A DNA stretch of 64,000 bases, from IMG/VR virus record IMGVR_UViG_3300031998_000070, positions 3,713 through 67,712 of that record; one strand, given 5' to 3'. The translations under genes were made by a program, and so were the position numbers. A model generated the notes under the pieces. It saw only the letters and a list, made by a program, of their open reading frames with translations, ran no database searches and was not told the DNA's origin. Source of the DNA: a virus (taxonomy: Duplodnaviria; Caudoviricetes). How positions within the stretch are numbered: the stretch's first letter is position 1; every line of letters starts with the position of its first letter. Shown here piece by piece: positions 9,283 through 19,340 of this stretch.

Positions 9283-9957
9283 ATGAAATATGTGATACAC
9301 ACTTGCCCAGACAGATTATGGTATGTAGAGGATTTCTTAGTACCAAGCATGAAGAAACAAGGTATAAATGCAAAGGATATAATAGTAGACAACGATGCTG
9401 AAAGAATGGGCACATTAAAGTTCTACCTAAAATCATTTTCACAAATACCAAAAGACACCTATGGAACATGGCATTTGCAGGACGATGTTGTATTAAGCAA
9501 ACACTTCGCAGAAAGAACAAAGCAGTACGACGATGGACTGGTAAATGGATTTTGTAGTAATTACTGTAAGCAAAAAGTACCAGGTGTGGTAAAACCCGAT
9601 AAAATGTGGTATAGTTTTCCTTGCATGAGAATTCCAAATATTTTAATACACGACTTTTTACACTGGTTTTATAACTACGCAATTAAGCAGCAAAAATGGC
9701 AGCATATGGTAGAAGCAAATAAATTTATAGATGCATTCTTTATGTATTTTATCAAAGAACAGTATCCAAACCTAAGAATGCGAAATGTGAGTCCAAACTT
9801 GGTAGACCATGTAGATTATTTGCTAGGTGGTAGCACGATAAACGCAGTTAAATTCCAGACACTAGACAGAAGAGCAAGCTTCTGGAACGAACCAGACGTG
9901 ATAAGGAACTTGGAATGGGAATTAAGTCAATATCAGTTTAACAACGGTAAGAAATAG
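9283..9957 (+). CDS. GT-A-like glycosyltransferase-type protein
   Basis: YVIHTCPDR, TWHLQDDVVL (DxD-like), WYSFPC and NLVDHVD. Confidence 0.5.
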   Translation: MKYVIHTCPDRLWYVEDFLVPSMKKQGINAKDIIVDNDAERMGTLKFYLKSFSQIPKDTYGTWHLQDDVVLSKHFAERTKQYDDGLVNGFCSNYCKQKVPGVVKPDKMWYSFPCMRIPNILIHDFLHWFYNYAIKQQKWQHMVEANKFIDAFFMYFIKEQYPNLRMRNVSPNLVDHVDYLLGGSTINAVKFQTLDRRASFWNEPDVIRNLEWELSQYQFNNGKK

Positions 9958-10000
9958 TGTATAATAAACATGGTAGAGTGGTTAGTTGTAGGAGTTAACT

Positions 10001-10564
10001 ATGGCAAACGCAGTTAGTAGAAAAATTAAAGGATGGATAACAAGATTTGGTGTTCATATCCCCATATATGAGAAATATGATACTGAACAAACTGAGAAAC
10101 CTGTAAAGAAGGCTTCTTATACCAATGTTATAGGAATGGCACAAATGCTAGCCGAAGAAGAGTTTGATAGACAAGCAGAAGAACATGATGTTTATTACAG
10201 AGGCGGAAAAACCGATAACCCGCAAGACCTGTTACCAGATTCAAGTTATAGAGCTAACAGACACAGCAGAGGAAATGGATTGTACATGACATCAAGTAAA
10301 GAAACTGCTAATGAACACGCACGAGGCAAATCTACTATATCAGGATTTATGACAAAAGATTCTAAAGTTATTACAGAACGTGAAGGACACGATTTATATT
10401 ATAAAGAAACTAAAAAGAAACCAAAGAAAGCAACTCAAGTAACTGGTTATCTTAGTAAGAAAGGTTACGACGCAATGAAAGTTGAAGGAGCTAGATTTGG
10501 CAAGGAAGATTACTTGGTAGTTTTTAATCGTAATAAGCTACGTTATAAGAAAGGAGCAAACTGA
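10001..10564 (+). CDS. putative ADP-ribosyltransferase-fold protein with N-terminal GWITRxGVHIPIYE motif
   Basis: VYYRG...GNGLYMTSSKETANEHA...GYDAM...DYLVVFN fits the ART-PolyVal-like strand order. Confidence 0.55.
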   Translation: MANAVSRKIKGWITRFGVHIPIYEKYDTEQTEKPVKKASYTNVIGMAQMLAEEEFDRQAEEHDVYYRGGKTDNPQDLLPDSSYRANRHSRGNGLYMTSSKETANEHARGKSTISGFMTKDSKVITEREGHDLYYKETKKKPKKATQVTGYLSKKGYDAMKVEGARFGKEDYLVVFNRNKLRYKKGAN

Positions 10565-11718
10565 TGGCTAAAGGTAAAGGTGAAGTACAAGGTTGGATAA
10601 CACGTAATGGTGTTCATGTACCTATTTATGAGAATTACACAGTTCGTGGTGGGGCAGAGCCTAAGGCAAAAGGCAGCAAGTTTAAATCAGCTGGAAGAAA
10701 GAAAAAGAAAGTAGATACTTCTACAACTTCAGGTAAAACAGCAAATGACCTTAACAGCAATCTTAAGAAGAAAGGATTAGAGCTTGATTCAGCAGACCTT
10801 TCAAGCATGGCACATAAAGATTTCAATGATGAAAAAGTAACTATGTATGACAAAGACGGAAATACATATGAAGGTACTTATAACAAGTATAAAAATGGTG
10901 ACAGAGAAATTGTCGATATTAAAAAGACTGGCGGAAGAGACACTGGCAAGAGCGAAGCATCTAAAGGACATATAGAAGAAGGAAAAGGTGCTGTTAAGGA
11001 TGTAGAAGGTAAGAAACCTGAAATGCATGACTGGAAACAGGATAGAACAGATACACAAGAGGAACGTGATGCATTTGCAAAGGAGCATGAGCAAGGTATC
11101 AAAGACAGGCTTGCAAAAATAAATGAACAGAACAAGCCTAAGGCTAAGGAAGAAACTTTTAAAGGAAGTGTTCTTAAGAAGTCTGATGAAAAAGGTGAAG
11201 GTTACGACTGGAAGAAAGATAGAATTGATGAACCGGCAGAGAATGCAGCTGCTGGAAAGACAGCTCAGAACGGAGCTCCTAGAGTTACAGACGAAGAAGC
11301 TAGATCAAACAAAGCTGCAACTCCTACGTCCGGTAATTTTGAACGTAAGAAATATAAGGTAGATGGAAACGTAATGAAAGGACTGAAGTCAGCAAAAGAA
11401 ATGACAGGACGCTCAGACCTTACAGTGCATGAACTTAGCAACGATGCTATTTCAACACATTACGCATTTAGAGATAAAAATGGAAATGAAATAGGACAGT
11501 TCCATGAGAGTCATACAAATAAAAAAGCAAATTATATGAATCTTAATACAAGTGCTACCGGAGATAACAGCAAACCTATTAAAGGCGGAGTACCAACAAC
11601 AGTATCCGGACTTAGAAGTGCTTATGCAGAAGCAACAGGAAGTGAACGTTCTAAAATAGCAGCAGCACTTAGAGCCAAAGGTTACAGATTTACAGGTGGA
11701 AAGTGGGTAAAAGGATAA
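10564..11718 (+). CDS. highly charged, low-complexity protein with N-terminal GWITRNGVHVPIYE motif (possible internal virion protein)
   Basis: K/E/G-rich; shares its N-terminal motif with the upstream gene; internal DWK(Q/K)DR repeat. Confidence 0.6.
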   Translation: MAKGKGEVQGWITRNGVHVPIYENYTVRGGAEPKAKGSKFKSAGRKKKKVDTSTTSGKTANDLNSNLKKKGLELDSADLSSMAHKDFNDEKVTMYDKDGNTYEGTYNKYKNGDREIVDIKKTGGRDTGKSEASKGHIEEGKGAVKDVEGKKPEMHDWKQDRTDTQEERDAFAKEHEQGIKDRLAKINEQNKPKAKEETFKGSVLKKSDEKGEGYDWKKDRIDEPAENAAAGKTAQNGAPRVTDEEARSNKAATPTSGNFERKKYKVDGNVMKGLKSAKEMTGRSDLTVHELSNDAISTHYAFRDKNGNEIGQFHESHTNKKANYMNLNTSATGDNSKPIKGGVPTTVSGLRSAYAEATGSERSKIAAALRAKGYRFTGGKWVKG

Positions 11719-11829
11719 CCTAATATTTTACGTTTTTAAGCACTTTTAATTGATTTATGTATAAATTACTACATGGCAGATAAAAATAGAAATTTGCTAG
11801 GTGGTAATAAGCATATCAGGAGGATAAAA

Positions 11830-13746
11830 ATGTCCTTATGGCAAAGTATTATTGGAAAATTAAAGGAAGGGATACAAAAGATGTTAGGAGCAAATACGAT
11901 TGAATCAAAACTCAATGTAACAGTTGCTATTTCATCTGACATGGAAAAAGCCATTAACTTGTGGAATACGATGTATAAGAACAAGGCACCTTGGCTACAT
12001 GAACCAGATGACAACGACCCAATTAGAATTGTTTCGTTAGGACTTCCGGCAATGATAGCAAGTGAGAAGGCAAGAACAGCATTGCTTGAATTCAAAAGTG
12101 AAATTACTACACCAATGGAGGAAGTAGAAGTTCCTAATCCGGACTATAAAAATCCTCCCGATACACAGATAAATGAATGGGGTGAAGAAGTTCCAATAAT
12201 TGTAAGTCCTAAGATAACAAAGGAACAACCCAAGACAGATACAAGCAGGGCAGAGTTCTTAAATGAGCAGTACACGAAACTAAAGAAGCATTTAAGAACA
12301 CAGCTTGAATATGGTATTGCACTTGGTGGACTTATTATTAAACCGTACTATACGGAAATGACAATAGAGAGCACTGAGGACAACAAAGGAGTTGAGCCAG
12401 TTGACCAGGAAGCACCAAAAAAGACTGACGAGCAGTTAAAGAATGAAGCAGTTGATAAAGCAGTATTTAATGGCAAAGAGAAACCAGAAGATACTGTAAC
12501 ACAGGAGCAACCTAAACAGGAGAACAAATCCAAAGTAGTTCCTAGTATTGAATATGACTTTATAAGAGCTGATTGTTTCTACCCATTAGCATTTGACGCA
12601 AACGGTAACATAACAGAAGCAGCATTCGTACAGCCTAAGGTAGATAAACAGTACGTTTATAGAAGACTTGAGTATCATAAATGGGAGAATAACAAACTTA
12701 CAATTATCAATAAGGCATACAGAAGTAGCAACACAGCATCATTGAATAACGACGTAGATGGAGATTTTGGTAAGGAAGTACCGTTAACAGAAGTTCCTGA
12801 GTGGTCAGCATTGCAGCCAGAGATAGTTATTACAGATGTAGCAAAACCATTGTTTGCATACTTTAAGATGCCAGATGCTAACATAATTGATATGACAAGT
12901 CCATTAGGTGTTAGTGCCTTTGCAAGAGCTATTTCACTTATTAAGGATGCAGATATGCAGTACAGCAGACTTTTATGGGAATACGAAGCCGGTGAGATGG
13001 CATTAGATGTTGATAGAGATGCATTCCAATGGATAGCTGATACCGATAACAGTGACAGAGGAAAGAGCAAACTTGGTAAAGGACAGCAAAGACTATACAG
13101 ACAGGTAGATATTAACACTAATGATGGTGAGTTGTTTAGTCCTTATGCACCAAGTTTAAGAGATGCGAACTTTAAAGACGGACTTAATACTATCTTAATG
13201 AGAATAGAAGACGTAACAGGTCTTTCAAGAGGCACAATTAGTGATGCGAGTACAGAAGCAAAGACAGCAACAGAATTAAAGATATTAAAGCAAAGAAGTT
13301 ATCAAGCAAACCAGGACATTCAGCAGTCCTTAGAGCAGGCATTAAAAGATGTTATTTATGCAACAAATGCATTATGTGATTTGTATGAAATAACACCTCC
13401 TGGTGAGTATGATGTCAACTTTGAATGGGATGATAGTATATTAGTTGATGTAAACGAAGAGCTTAATAAGAGAATGGCACTTATGCAGCAAGGACTTATG
13501 TCAAAGCTTGAACTTAGACAATGGTACTTCGGTGAGACAGAGAGACAGGCAAAGAAGGCACTTGAGGATCTTAAGAGTGAAGCTGCAGAGAACATGGATA
13601 ATGATATGATGGGACAGTTCACAGGCGGTTTTGGTAATAATCGTAGAACTTTTAATAATAAGCCTAATGACAACAAAAACAAAGCAGAAGACAGCAACAA
13701 GGAAAAGAACGACTTCCCATTTAATAAAAATAAGGAGGAGAAATAA
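11830..13746 (+). CDS. portal protein (SPP1 gp6/A118-like)
   Basis: AGGAGG RBS before ATG 11830; LGLPAMIASEKAR, PLFAYFKMP, DMTSPLGVS, YAPSLRD and EAKTATE; two low-complexity insertions. Confidence 0.9.
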   Translation: MSLWQSIIGKLKEGIQKMLGANTIESKLNVTVAISSDMEKAINLWNTMYKNKAPWLHEPDDNDPIRIVSLGLPAMIASEKARTALLEFKSEITTPMEEVEVPNPDYKNPPDTQINEWGEEVPIIVSPKITKEQPKTDTSRAEFLNEQYTKLKKHLRTQLEYGIALGGLIIKPYYTEMTIESTEDNKGVEPVDQEAPKKTDEQLKNEAVDKAVFNGKEKPEDTVTQEQPKQENKSKVVPSIEYDFIRADCFYPLAFDANGNITEAAFVQPKVDKQYVYRRLEYHKWENNKLTIINKAYRSSNTASLNNDVDGDFGKEVPLTEVPEWSALQPEIVITDVAKPLFAYFKMPDANIIDMTSPLGVSAFARAISLIKDADMQYSRLLWEYEAGEMALDVDRDAFQWIADTDNSDRGKSKLGKGQQRLYRQVDINTNDGELFSPYAPSLRDANFKDGLNTILMRIEDVTGLSRGTISDASTEAKTATELKILKQRSYQANQDIQQSLEQALKDVIYATNALCDLYEITPPGEYDVNFEWDDSILVDVNEELNKRMALMQQGLMSKLELRQWYFGETERQAKKALEDLKSEAAENMDNDMMGQFTGGFGNNRRTFNNKPNDNKNKAEDSNKEKNDFPFNKNKEEK

Positions 13747-13950
13747 ATGATTATCTGTGAAAGTTATAGCGTTAATGCAGACGGATCTGTGAAAGCAAGT
13801 TTATTTGCGGACACTAAGGCAGAAGTCGTACCAGGTGCTGAAATAATGGGACTTCCTCAAGGTGTTAGGATGTCTTTAGGAAGTGACGTGATGACAGCAG
13901 CTGGTGAAATGGCATTTAGAAAATCAGATGGAACATGGAATTGGTTATAA
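13747..13950 (+). CDS. small beta-rich virion-associated protein
   Basis: 67 aa, RBS, first gene of the head-fibre cluster. Confidence 0.55.
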   Translation: MIICESYSVNADGSVKASLFADTKAEVVPGAEIMGLPQGVRMSLGSDVMTAAGEMAFRKSDGTWNWL

Positions 13951-13967
13951 GAAGGAGGTAGAACAAA

Positions 13968-15353
13968 ATGGCTATGAAATCAGAACAAGCTATGAAAAAA
14001 GCCATAGCAGTATCTGAAGCATATACCAAAGCTTCCTTGGAAGGTGCCGGAGCATTAAAAGGAGACCCAGGAGAAAGTGCTTACCAGATAGCGGTAGACA
14101 ATGGGTTTGAAGGCACACAGTCAGAGTGGTTATTAACACTTAAAGGCGAAAAAGGTGAGCAGGGTATACAAGGCGATAAAGGATTACAAGGACCACAAGG
14201 AGAAACAGGTGCGCAAGGACAGCAAGGCATTCAGGGTATCCAAGGACCTAAAGGTGACGATGGATATCCATTCCTGATTTATAAACAGTATAACGATATT
14301 AGTGAATTTAGTTCATTAGACTTCCCGGAAATTGGACTTATGTTTATGGTAATGCAGATGGACTACGACCCAGAAGATCCTACCACACCAATTGGTTATC
14401 CTGTTTATAGGTACACAGCTGAAGGCAATCCTCCGTATTCACTTATAGTTCATATGGCTACAGAGGGAATTAAAGGTGACAAGGGTGATAAAGGTGATAC
14501 GGGAGCGCAGGGAGTTCCTGGACCCGCTGGACCTGGAGTACCGACAGGAGGAACTGCTGGACAGCACTTAATAAAGCAGTCCGAGGATGACTATGATGTG
14601 GCTTGGACATACGACGATGACGCACTCGCAGCTAATGTAGTAAGTAACACAGCAGTAGGTGCGATACCAAGTGGAACAACTGTCGCTCAGGGAACAACGT
14701 TTACAGAGTTTGTGCAGAAGTTGCTAATATCCGAACTTGCACCTACAATGAACTTTACGCTTAGCAAGAGTGGAAATGTAGCGTATGGCGGAAGCTACAC
14801 AGAGACGCTTACATTGGCAGTAACTAATATGGGTACAGCCAAGAAGATTAAGACAATAGCTTGGTATGAAGGAAATACACTTCTTCAGACCGACACTATT
14901 AACAGCACAGTAACAGGAAGCTGGAGTTACACGATGGCTACACCCACAACAGATACAACAACATTTAAGGCAATAGTGACTTACACTAAGAGCGATGACG
15001 TTGATACATCGGTTACTAAGACAGCCAGCATCAATTTCTATTACAATAAGTTCTATGGAGCAGTGGCTAGTCTTACACCCGACGAAGCAACCGTTGAAGC
15101 ACTCACTACAGCGTTGGGTACTGCTAAGGGTGGCACATACAGCTTCACAGTAACCGCAGGAAGAATATGTTATGCTTATCCTAAGTCCCTTGGAGCTCTC
15201 ACAAGCATCAAGGACGGCAATGGATTCAGCTTATTTGATAGTTTTACTCGCACAGAACAGACTTATACACAGAATGGCACGAGCGTAGCATATTACAGAT
15301 ATGTATTAACCGACGCAACCACAGTCAGTGGATATAGCGTAACATTCGCATAA
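13968..15353 (+). CDS. collagen-like fibre protein with a C-terminal Ig-like/beta-sandwich region
   Basis: Gly-X-Y runs ([22 protein letters not shown]; [24 protein letters not shown]) and a T/S-rich C-terminus. Confidence 0.8.
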   Translation: MAMKSEQAMKKAIAVSEAYTKASLEGAGALKGDPGESAYQIAVDNGFEGTQSEWLLTLKGEKGEQGIQGDKGLQGPQGETGAQGQQGIQGIQGPKGDDGYPFLIYKQYNDISEFSSLDFPEIGLMFMVMQMDYDPEDPTTPIGYPVYRYTAEGNPPYSLIVHMATEGIKGDKGDKGDTGAQGVPGPAGPGVPTGGTAGQHLIKQSEDDYDVAWTYDDDALAANVVSNTAVGAIPSGTTVAQGTTFTEFVQKLLISELAPTMNFTLSKSGNVAYGGSYTETLTLAVTNMGTAKKIKTIAWYEGNTLLQTDTINSTVTGSWSYTMATPTTDTTTFKAIVTYTKSDDVDTSVTKTASINFYYNKFYGAVASLTPDEATVEALTTALGTAKGGTYSFTVTAGRICYAYPKSLGALTSIKDGNGFSLFDSFTRTEQTYTQNGTSVAYYRYVLTDATTVSGYSVTFA

Positions 15354-15368
15354 GAAAGGAGGTAAACA

Positions 15369-16037
15369 ATGTCGATTAATGTAGCCGATAATTTTTCGTA
15401 CAAAGGTGGTAAACCTCTTGATGCGAGAACCAAATACGCCAGCATATCAGACATGGTAGCAACACCCGCAGCTGACTTATATGACGGATGTTTGGCTTAT
15501 GTTACTGCCGAAAAGAAGAACTACCAATACGATAGTACAAACACCACAGACCCAACACTAGGCAAGTGGCGTGAATTAGAAACAGGTGGCGGTGGTGGAA
15601 CTACATACACAGCAGGTGATGGAATAGACATAACTAGTGATGTAATATCCACAGATAACTTACAGAGTGGGGATATGGATGATGTAGTTACACCGTTACC
15701 CGCAGTGACTACAAGAAAAGAGTTTATTAAGTATAGTACGGATGAGCAGATAGTTGGCGAGTGGATAGATGGAAAACCTGTTTATCAGAAAGTATTCACG
15801 GGTTTGAGTTGTCCTATACAACACTTAGATGTTTGGGTTGTATTAACAAATATTCCTAATTGTAAAGAAGTAATTGCTATAGATGTATACTATTATAATT
15901 CGGGACTTCAACGTAATAATATGGCTTCAATTAGAGAAGTTGAGGTTTTAGCCAATGGAAATGTAACGGTTTTAGGAACACAAGTCGGAAGAACTTATGA
16001 TTCAGCCGTTATCCGTTACACCAAAACAACCGATTAA
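15369..16037 (+). CDS. head/tail fibre protein with one YSTxExxxGxWIDGKP module
   Basis: YSTDEQIVGEWIDGKPVYQK...YTKTTD*. Confidence 0.65.
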   Translation: MSINVADNFSYKGGKPLDARTKYASISDMVATPAADLYDGCLAYVTAEKKNYQYDSTNTTDPTLGKWRELETGGGGGTTYTAGDGIDITSDVISTDNLQSGDMDDVVTPLPAVTTRKEFIKYSTDEQIVGEWIDGKPVYQKVFTGLSCPIQHLDVWVVLTNIPNCKEVIAIDVYYYNSGLQRNNMASIREVEVLANGNVTVLGTQVGRTYDSAVIRYTKTTD

Positions 16038-16056
16038 GAAAAGGAGGTAAATAAAA

Positions 16057-16842
16057 ATGAGCGTACAAAATCCAAACAGAGTAGTAACTAAACAAGACCT
16101 AGCTGATTTTTACGGTGAGATACTTCCTTATCTTGGCGGTATGCCCGAAATGTTGGCAAATAAATTCAGTAAAGGTGATTTATATAGCACTGATGAAAAG
16201 ATGATTGGACAGTGGATAGATGGGAAACCGTTGTATCAGAAAGTTCTTACCAAGACAATTTCAGCGACTAGCAAGATTGGAACTTATACGAGTGGAAATG
16301 ACGGTTATTTGTACCAAGGACATATTAGTATATCCTCAGATATCCCGAATATAGATACTGGAATGGTTGATGTTGGACACAGCTTTTATATTTCATCATC
16401 TGCGACTAGAGGTTTCATGGGTGCTTGGTATGAGAAAGATACAGGAGATATTTGGTTCTCAACACTGTATGATAGAAGTGACGTGTCTGCAACATTTGTA
16501 GTCAACTACACCAAAACCACAGATTCCGCTATCTCAATAGGTTCAGATACAGATTATAGTACAACTGAGAAGATTGTGGGAACTTGGATTGATGGTAAAC
16601 CTATTTATCAGAAGACTGTTGATTTAGGCTCTCAGCAGACACTTACTTCTCAAACTTGGTTTGAAACAAACATAGATTGTAGTAATATTTCAACATTGGT
16701 AAACGTTCTTTGTTTGGATAGTCCTTATAATGTTAAAGCGTTTAATGCTTCAATTCAAAATGGAACTTTAAAACTAATGGCATTTAGGTCGAGTGAAGAT
16801 TATGTGAGAGTAGTTACTATCCAATATACCAAAACCTCATAA
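16057..16842 (+). CDS. fibre protein with two YSTxExxxGxWIDGKP modules
   Basis: YSTDEKMIGQWIDGKPLYQK...YTKTTD and YSTTEKIVGTWIDGKPIYQK...YTKTS*. Confidence 0.65.
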   Translation: MSVQNPNRVVTKQDLADFYGEILPYLGGMPEMLANKFSKGDLYSTDEKMIGQWIDGKPLYQKVLTKTISATSKIGTYTSGNDGYLYQGHISISSDIPNIDTGMVDVGHSFYISSSATRGFMGAWYEKDTGDIWFSTLYDRSDVSATFVVNYTKTTDSAISIGSDTDYSTTEKIVGTWIDGKPIYQKTVDLGSQQTLTSQTWFETNIDCSNISTLVNVLCLDSPYNVKAFNASIQNGTLKLMAFRSSEDYVRVVTIQYTKTS

Positions 16843-16879
16843 AGGAGTATAAAAGCTTAGTGAAGAAGCTATCGAAAAA

Positions 16880-18079
16880 TTGGTACAACCAATCATAGCA
16901 AGACAGGAAAGGATTAATGAGTACGTGATCAAAGTTATCTGTGAGAGGATAAAAGAGATTGGTACTCTTACTCCTTCCGATATTTATTCACTTACACGAC
17001 TGCTGAAATCGGGTAGCGACGTACGAAAAATAAATAAAGAGATAGCTAGACAAACTGGACTACAAGTACAGGATATAAAAAGAATAATAAGAGAGGTAGC
17101 ATTAGATAATTATAAAGATGCAAGACCTTTTTATGATTATAGAATGCTACCATTTATCCCAATAACGCAGAACAAACCTTTAATGAATATAGTAAAGGCA
17201 ATTGCCAACCAAACTGCTGGTACCTATGTTAACATGGCTAAATCTCAAGCATTTATGATAAGAGACTTTAGAAACCCACAAATACTGAGACCTACATCTA
17301 TATCGCAAACCTATTACTCTGTAATAGATGAAGCGGTGCAGGCAGCGCAAAGTGGTGTGATAGATTATAATACCGCAGTTAGAAGAACTGTGAAGCAATT
17401 AGGTGAAAGTGGATTGAAATATGCAGTATATAATACAGAAACTGGTAGAACTTATTGTCAAAGGATGGATACCGCAGTACGGCGAAATATATTAGATGGA
17501 ATACGTGCTATAAATCAGGCGGTGCAAGATGAAACTGGTAGGCAATATGGGGCAGATGGAAAAGAAATAACAGTACATGAGTATCCAGCATTAGACCACG
17601 CACCAGTTCAAGGGCATCAGTTTACTAATGAAGAATATGCTAAACTACAAGGAGATGCAAATGTTCCCTTTAAGGATGTAGATGGAGAAGTGTTCAGTCA
17701 TTTTGACAGACACATTGGAACATTAAATTGTAGGCATTTCACATATTCCATAATAGTTGGATTTGCTAATCCAAATTACAGTAAGAAAGAGCTTCAGGAA
17801 ATATTGGATAGAAACGAAGAAGGATATACTCTACCAAATGGTAAGCATCTAACTATGTACGATTGCACACAGAAGCAGAGGCAATATGAAACTGCAATAC
17901 GTAAAGCAAAAGATGGACAAGTTGCCGCAGTAGCATCTGGAGATGAAGAGCTAGCAAAAGAATATCAGGCACGAGTCGATAAATTTACAAAGCAATATAA
18001 GCAGTTCTCAGATGAATGCGGATTAAAAATTCAGACCCCGAGAATTCAAGTATCCGGTTATAGACAAATTAAGTTATAA
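16880..18079 (+). CDS. minor capsid protein (Phage_min_cap2 / SPP1 gp7-like); true start may lie near 16853
   Basis: DTAVRRNILDG, DHAPVQG, IGTLNCRHF and KQRQYETAIRKAK. Confidence 0.85.
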   Translation: MVQPIIARQERINEYVIKVICERIKEIGTLTPSDIYSLTRLLKSGSDVRKINKEIARQTGLQVQDIKRIIREVALDNYKDARPFYDYRMLPFIPITQNKPLMNIVKAIANQTAGTYVNMAKSQAFMIRDFRNPQILRPTSISQTYYSVIDEAVQAAQSGVIDYNTAVRRTVKQLGESGLKYAVYNTETGRTYCQRMDTAVRRNILDGIRAINQAVQDETGRQYGADGKEITVHEYPALDHAPVQGHQFTNEEYAKLQGDANVPFKDVDGEVFSHFDRHIGTLNCRHFTYSIIVGFANPNYSKKELQEILDRNEEGYTLPNGKHLTMYDCTQKQRQYETAIRKAKDGQVAAVASGDEELAKEYQARVDKFTKQYKQFSDECGLKIQTPRIQVSGYRQIKL

Positions 18080-18181
18080 ATATACTCAAACCTAGTAAAT
18101 TTATTAGGTTAGGTACTTTACCAATATTGGTATATTTGTTAAAATATTTATGAAGAGGACGACGGTCCTTTTTGCCATGTT

Positions 18182-18222
18182 GAATACCGACTATCAGTTG
18201 CAACTGCTGGTAGTCGGTATTT
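18182..18222 (+). terminator. strong hairpin, possible terminator
   Basis: GAATACCGACTATCAG / CTGGTAGTCGGTATTT 16-bp stem after the minor capsid gene. Confidence 0.55.
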
Positions 18223-18247
18223 GCATTTTCATTGAAAGGAGAAAGGT

Positions 18248-18523
18248 ATGGAATCAATTATTAGTGCGTGCATCACAGGTTTATTGGCTTTAATGGGAAT
18301 CGTAATATCTAATGTAGCATCCAACAAATCAATGGAAGTAAAAGTGGCAACTGGTAGAGAATTAACTGATGAAAAAATTGACCAGCTGCGTAAATCAGTA
18401 GAAAAGCATAATAGTGTGGTAGAGAGAATGCCAGTATTAGAAGGAAGAGTTGACATGATAGAAAAACGTGTCGATGGTGTAGAGACAAGACTTAATTCTT
18501 GTACACCAAAAGCAACAAAGTAA
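18248..18523 (+). CDS. single-TM coiled-coil protein (holin-like family)
   Basis: N-terminal TM helix then IDQLRKSVEKHNSVVERMPVLE. Confidence 0.6.
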   Translation: MESIISACITGLLALMGIVISNVASNKSMEVKVATGRELTDEKIDQLRKSVEKHNSVVERMPVLEGRVDMIEKRVDGVETRLNSCTPKATK

Positions 18524-18650
18524 GGTATATTAGCAGTTAATGCTTTTATATAAAGCCCAGCGTAAAGGCATATAAAGAACGCACATTGAGTGGACACTGT
18601 AAACCACATTTAAACAAAACAGATTTAAACAATGTAGGAGGATTTGTACT

Positions 18651-19340
18651 ATGAAAATTGAAGACATCTTTAAGGAAGCTGAAGGACCTTTAACACTTGA
18701 GCAGTTTAATGAAATTGTTTCAAGTAAAGGCGCAAAATTTGCAGACCTGAGTGAAGGAAATTATCTAAGTGTTGGAAAGCATGAAGGACTAATGGAATCA
18801 CTTGAGAAGCAGATTGAAACACTTACCGAGGCAGTTGCACAGAGAGAAGCCGATGTCAATGAATTGACACAGAGACTTCAGGAAGCTGGTAACGATGCAG
18901 AAGCATTGGCAAATGTATCTGAGCAACTTGCAGCATTGCAGGAAAGATACAACGAAGATGCAGAAGCGTATGAGGAACAGCTTTCAAGACAGGCTAGGGA
19001 GTTCGCGGTTAAAGAGTACGCAGCAACCAAGGAATTTACCAGTGAAGCAGCAAAGCAGTTTTATATTGAAAAGCTGATAGATTCAGAGGATGTTGACTTT
19101 AATAGAAAAGGCGAGCTTGAAGGTATGGAGGATTTCGATTCCAGGTTTGCTGAGTCTTATAAGAATACTTTTTATGAGAAAGCACCAGAGGTAGAACCAC
19201 CAGTTGCACCGGAGCCTGAAGCACCAAAGCCGAAATTTAGTAACCCAACACCAGGGGCAACAAACCCCGCACCAAAAATGTCTTTATCAGAAATGATGCA
19301 GGCAAAAAACGAAAACCCAGATATGTCAGTAGGTTTTTAA
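18651..19340 (+). CDS. capsid scaffolding protein (GP20-like)
   Basis: Acidic coiled coil, FADLSEGNYLS, Pro-rich C-terminus; directly before the capsid gene. Confidence 0.8.
   Translation: MKIEDIFKEAEGPLTLEQFNEIVSSKGAKFADLSEGNYLSVGKHEGLMESLEKQIETLTEAVAQREADVNELTQRLQEAGNDAEALANVSEQLAALQERYNEDAEAYEEQLSRQAREFAVKEYAATKEFTSEAAKQFYIEKLIDSEDVDFNRKGELEGMEDFDSRFAESYKNTFYEKAPEVEPPVAPEPEAPKPKFSNPTPGATNPAPKMSLSEMMQAKNENPDMSVGF

Noticed and set aside
14140-14545. Short G-rich periodic repeats
   Set aside because: Explained by collagen Gly-X-Y coding.
15369-16842. Diversity-generating retroelement acting on the repeated fibre modules
   Set aside because: No reverse transcriptase in the window, and the repeats differ throughout rather than only at adenines.
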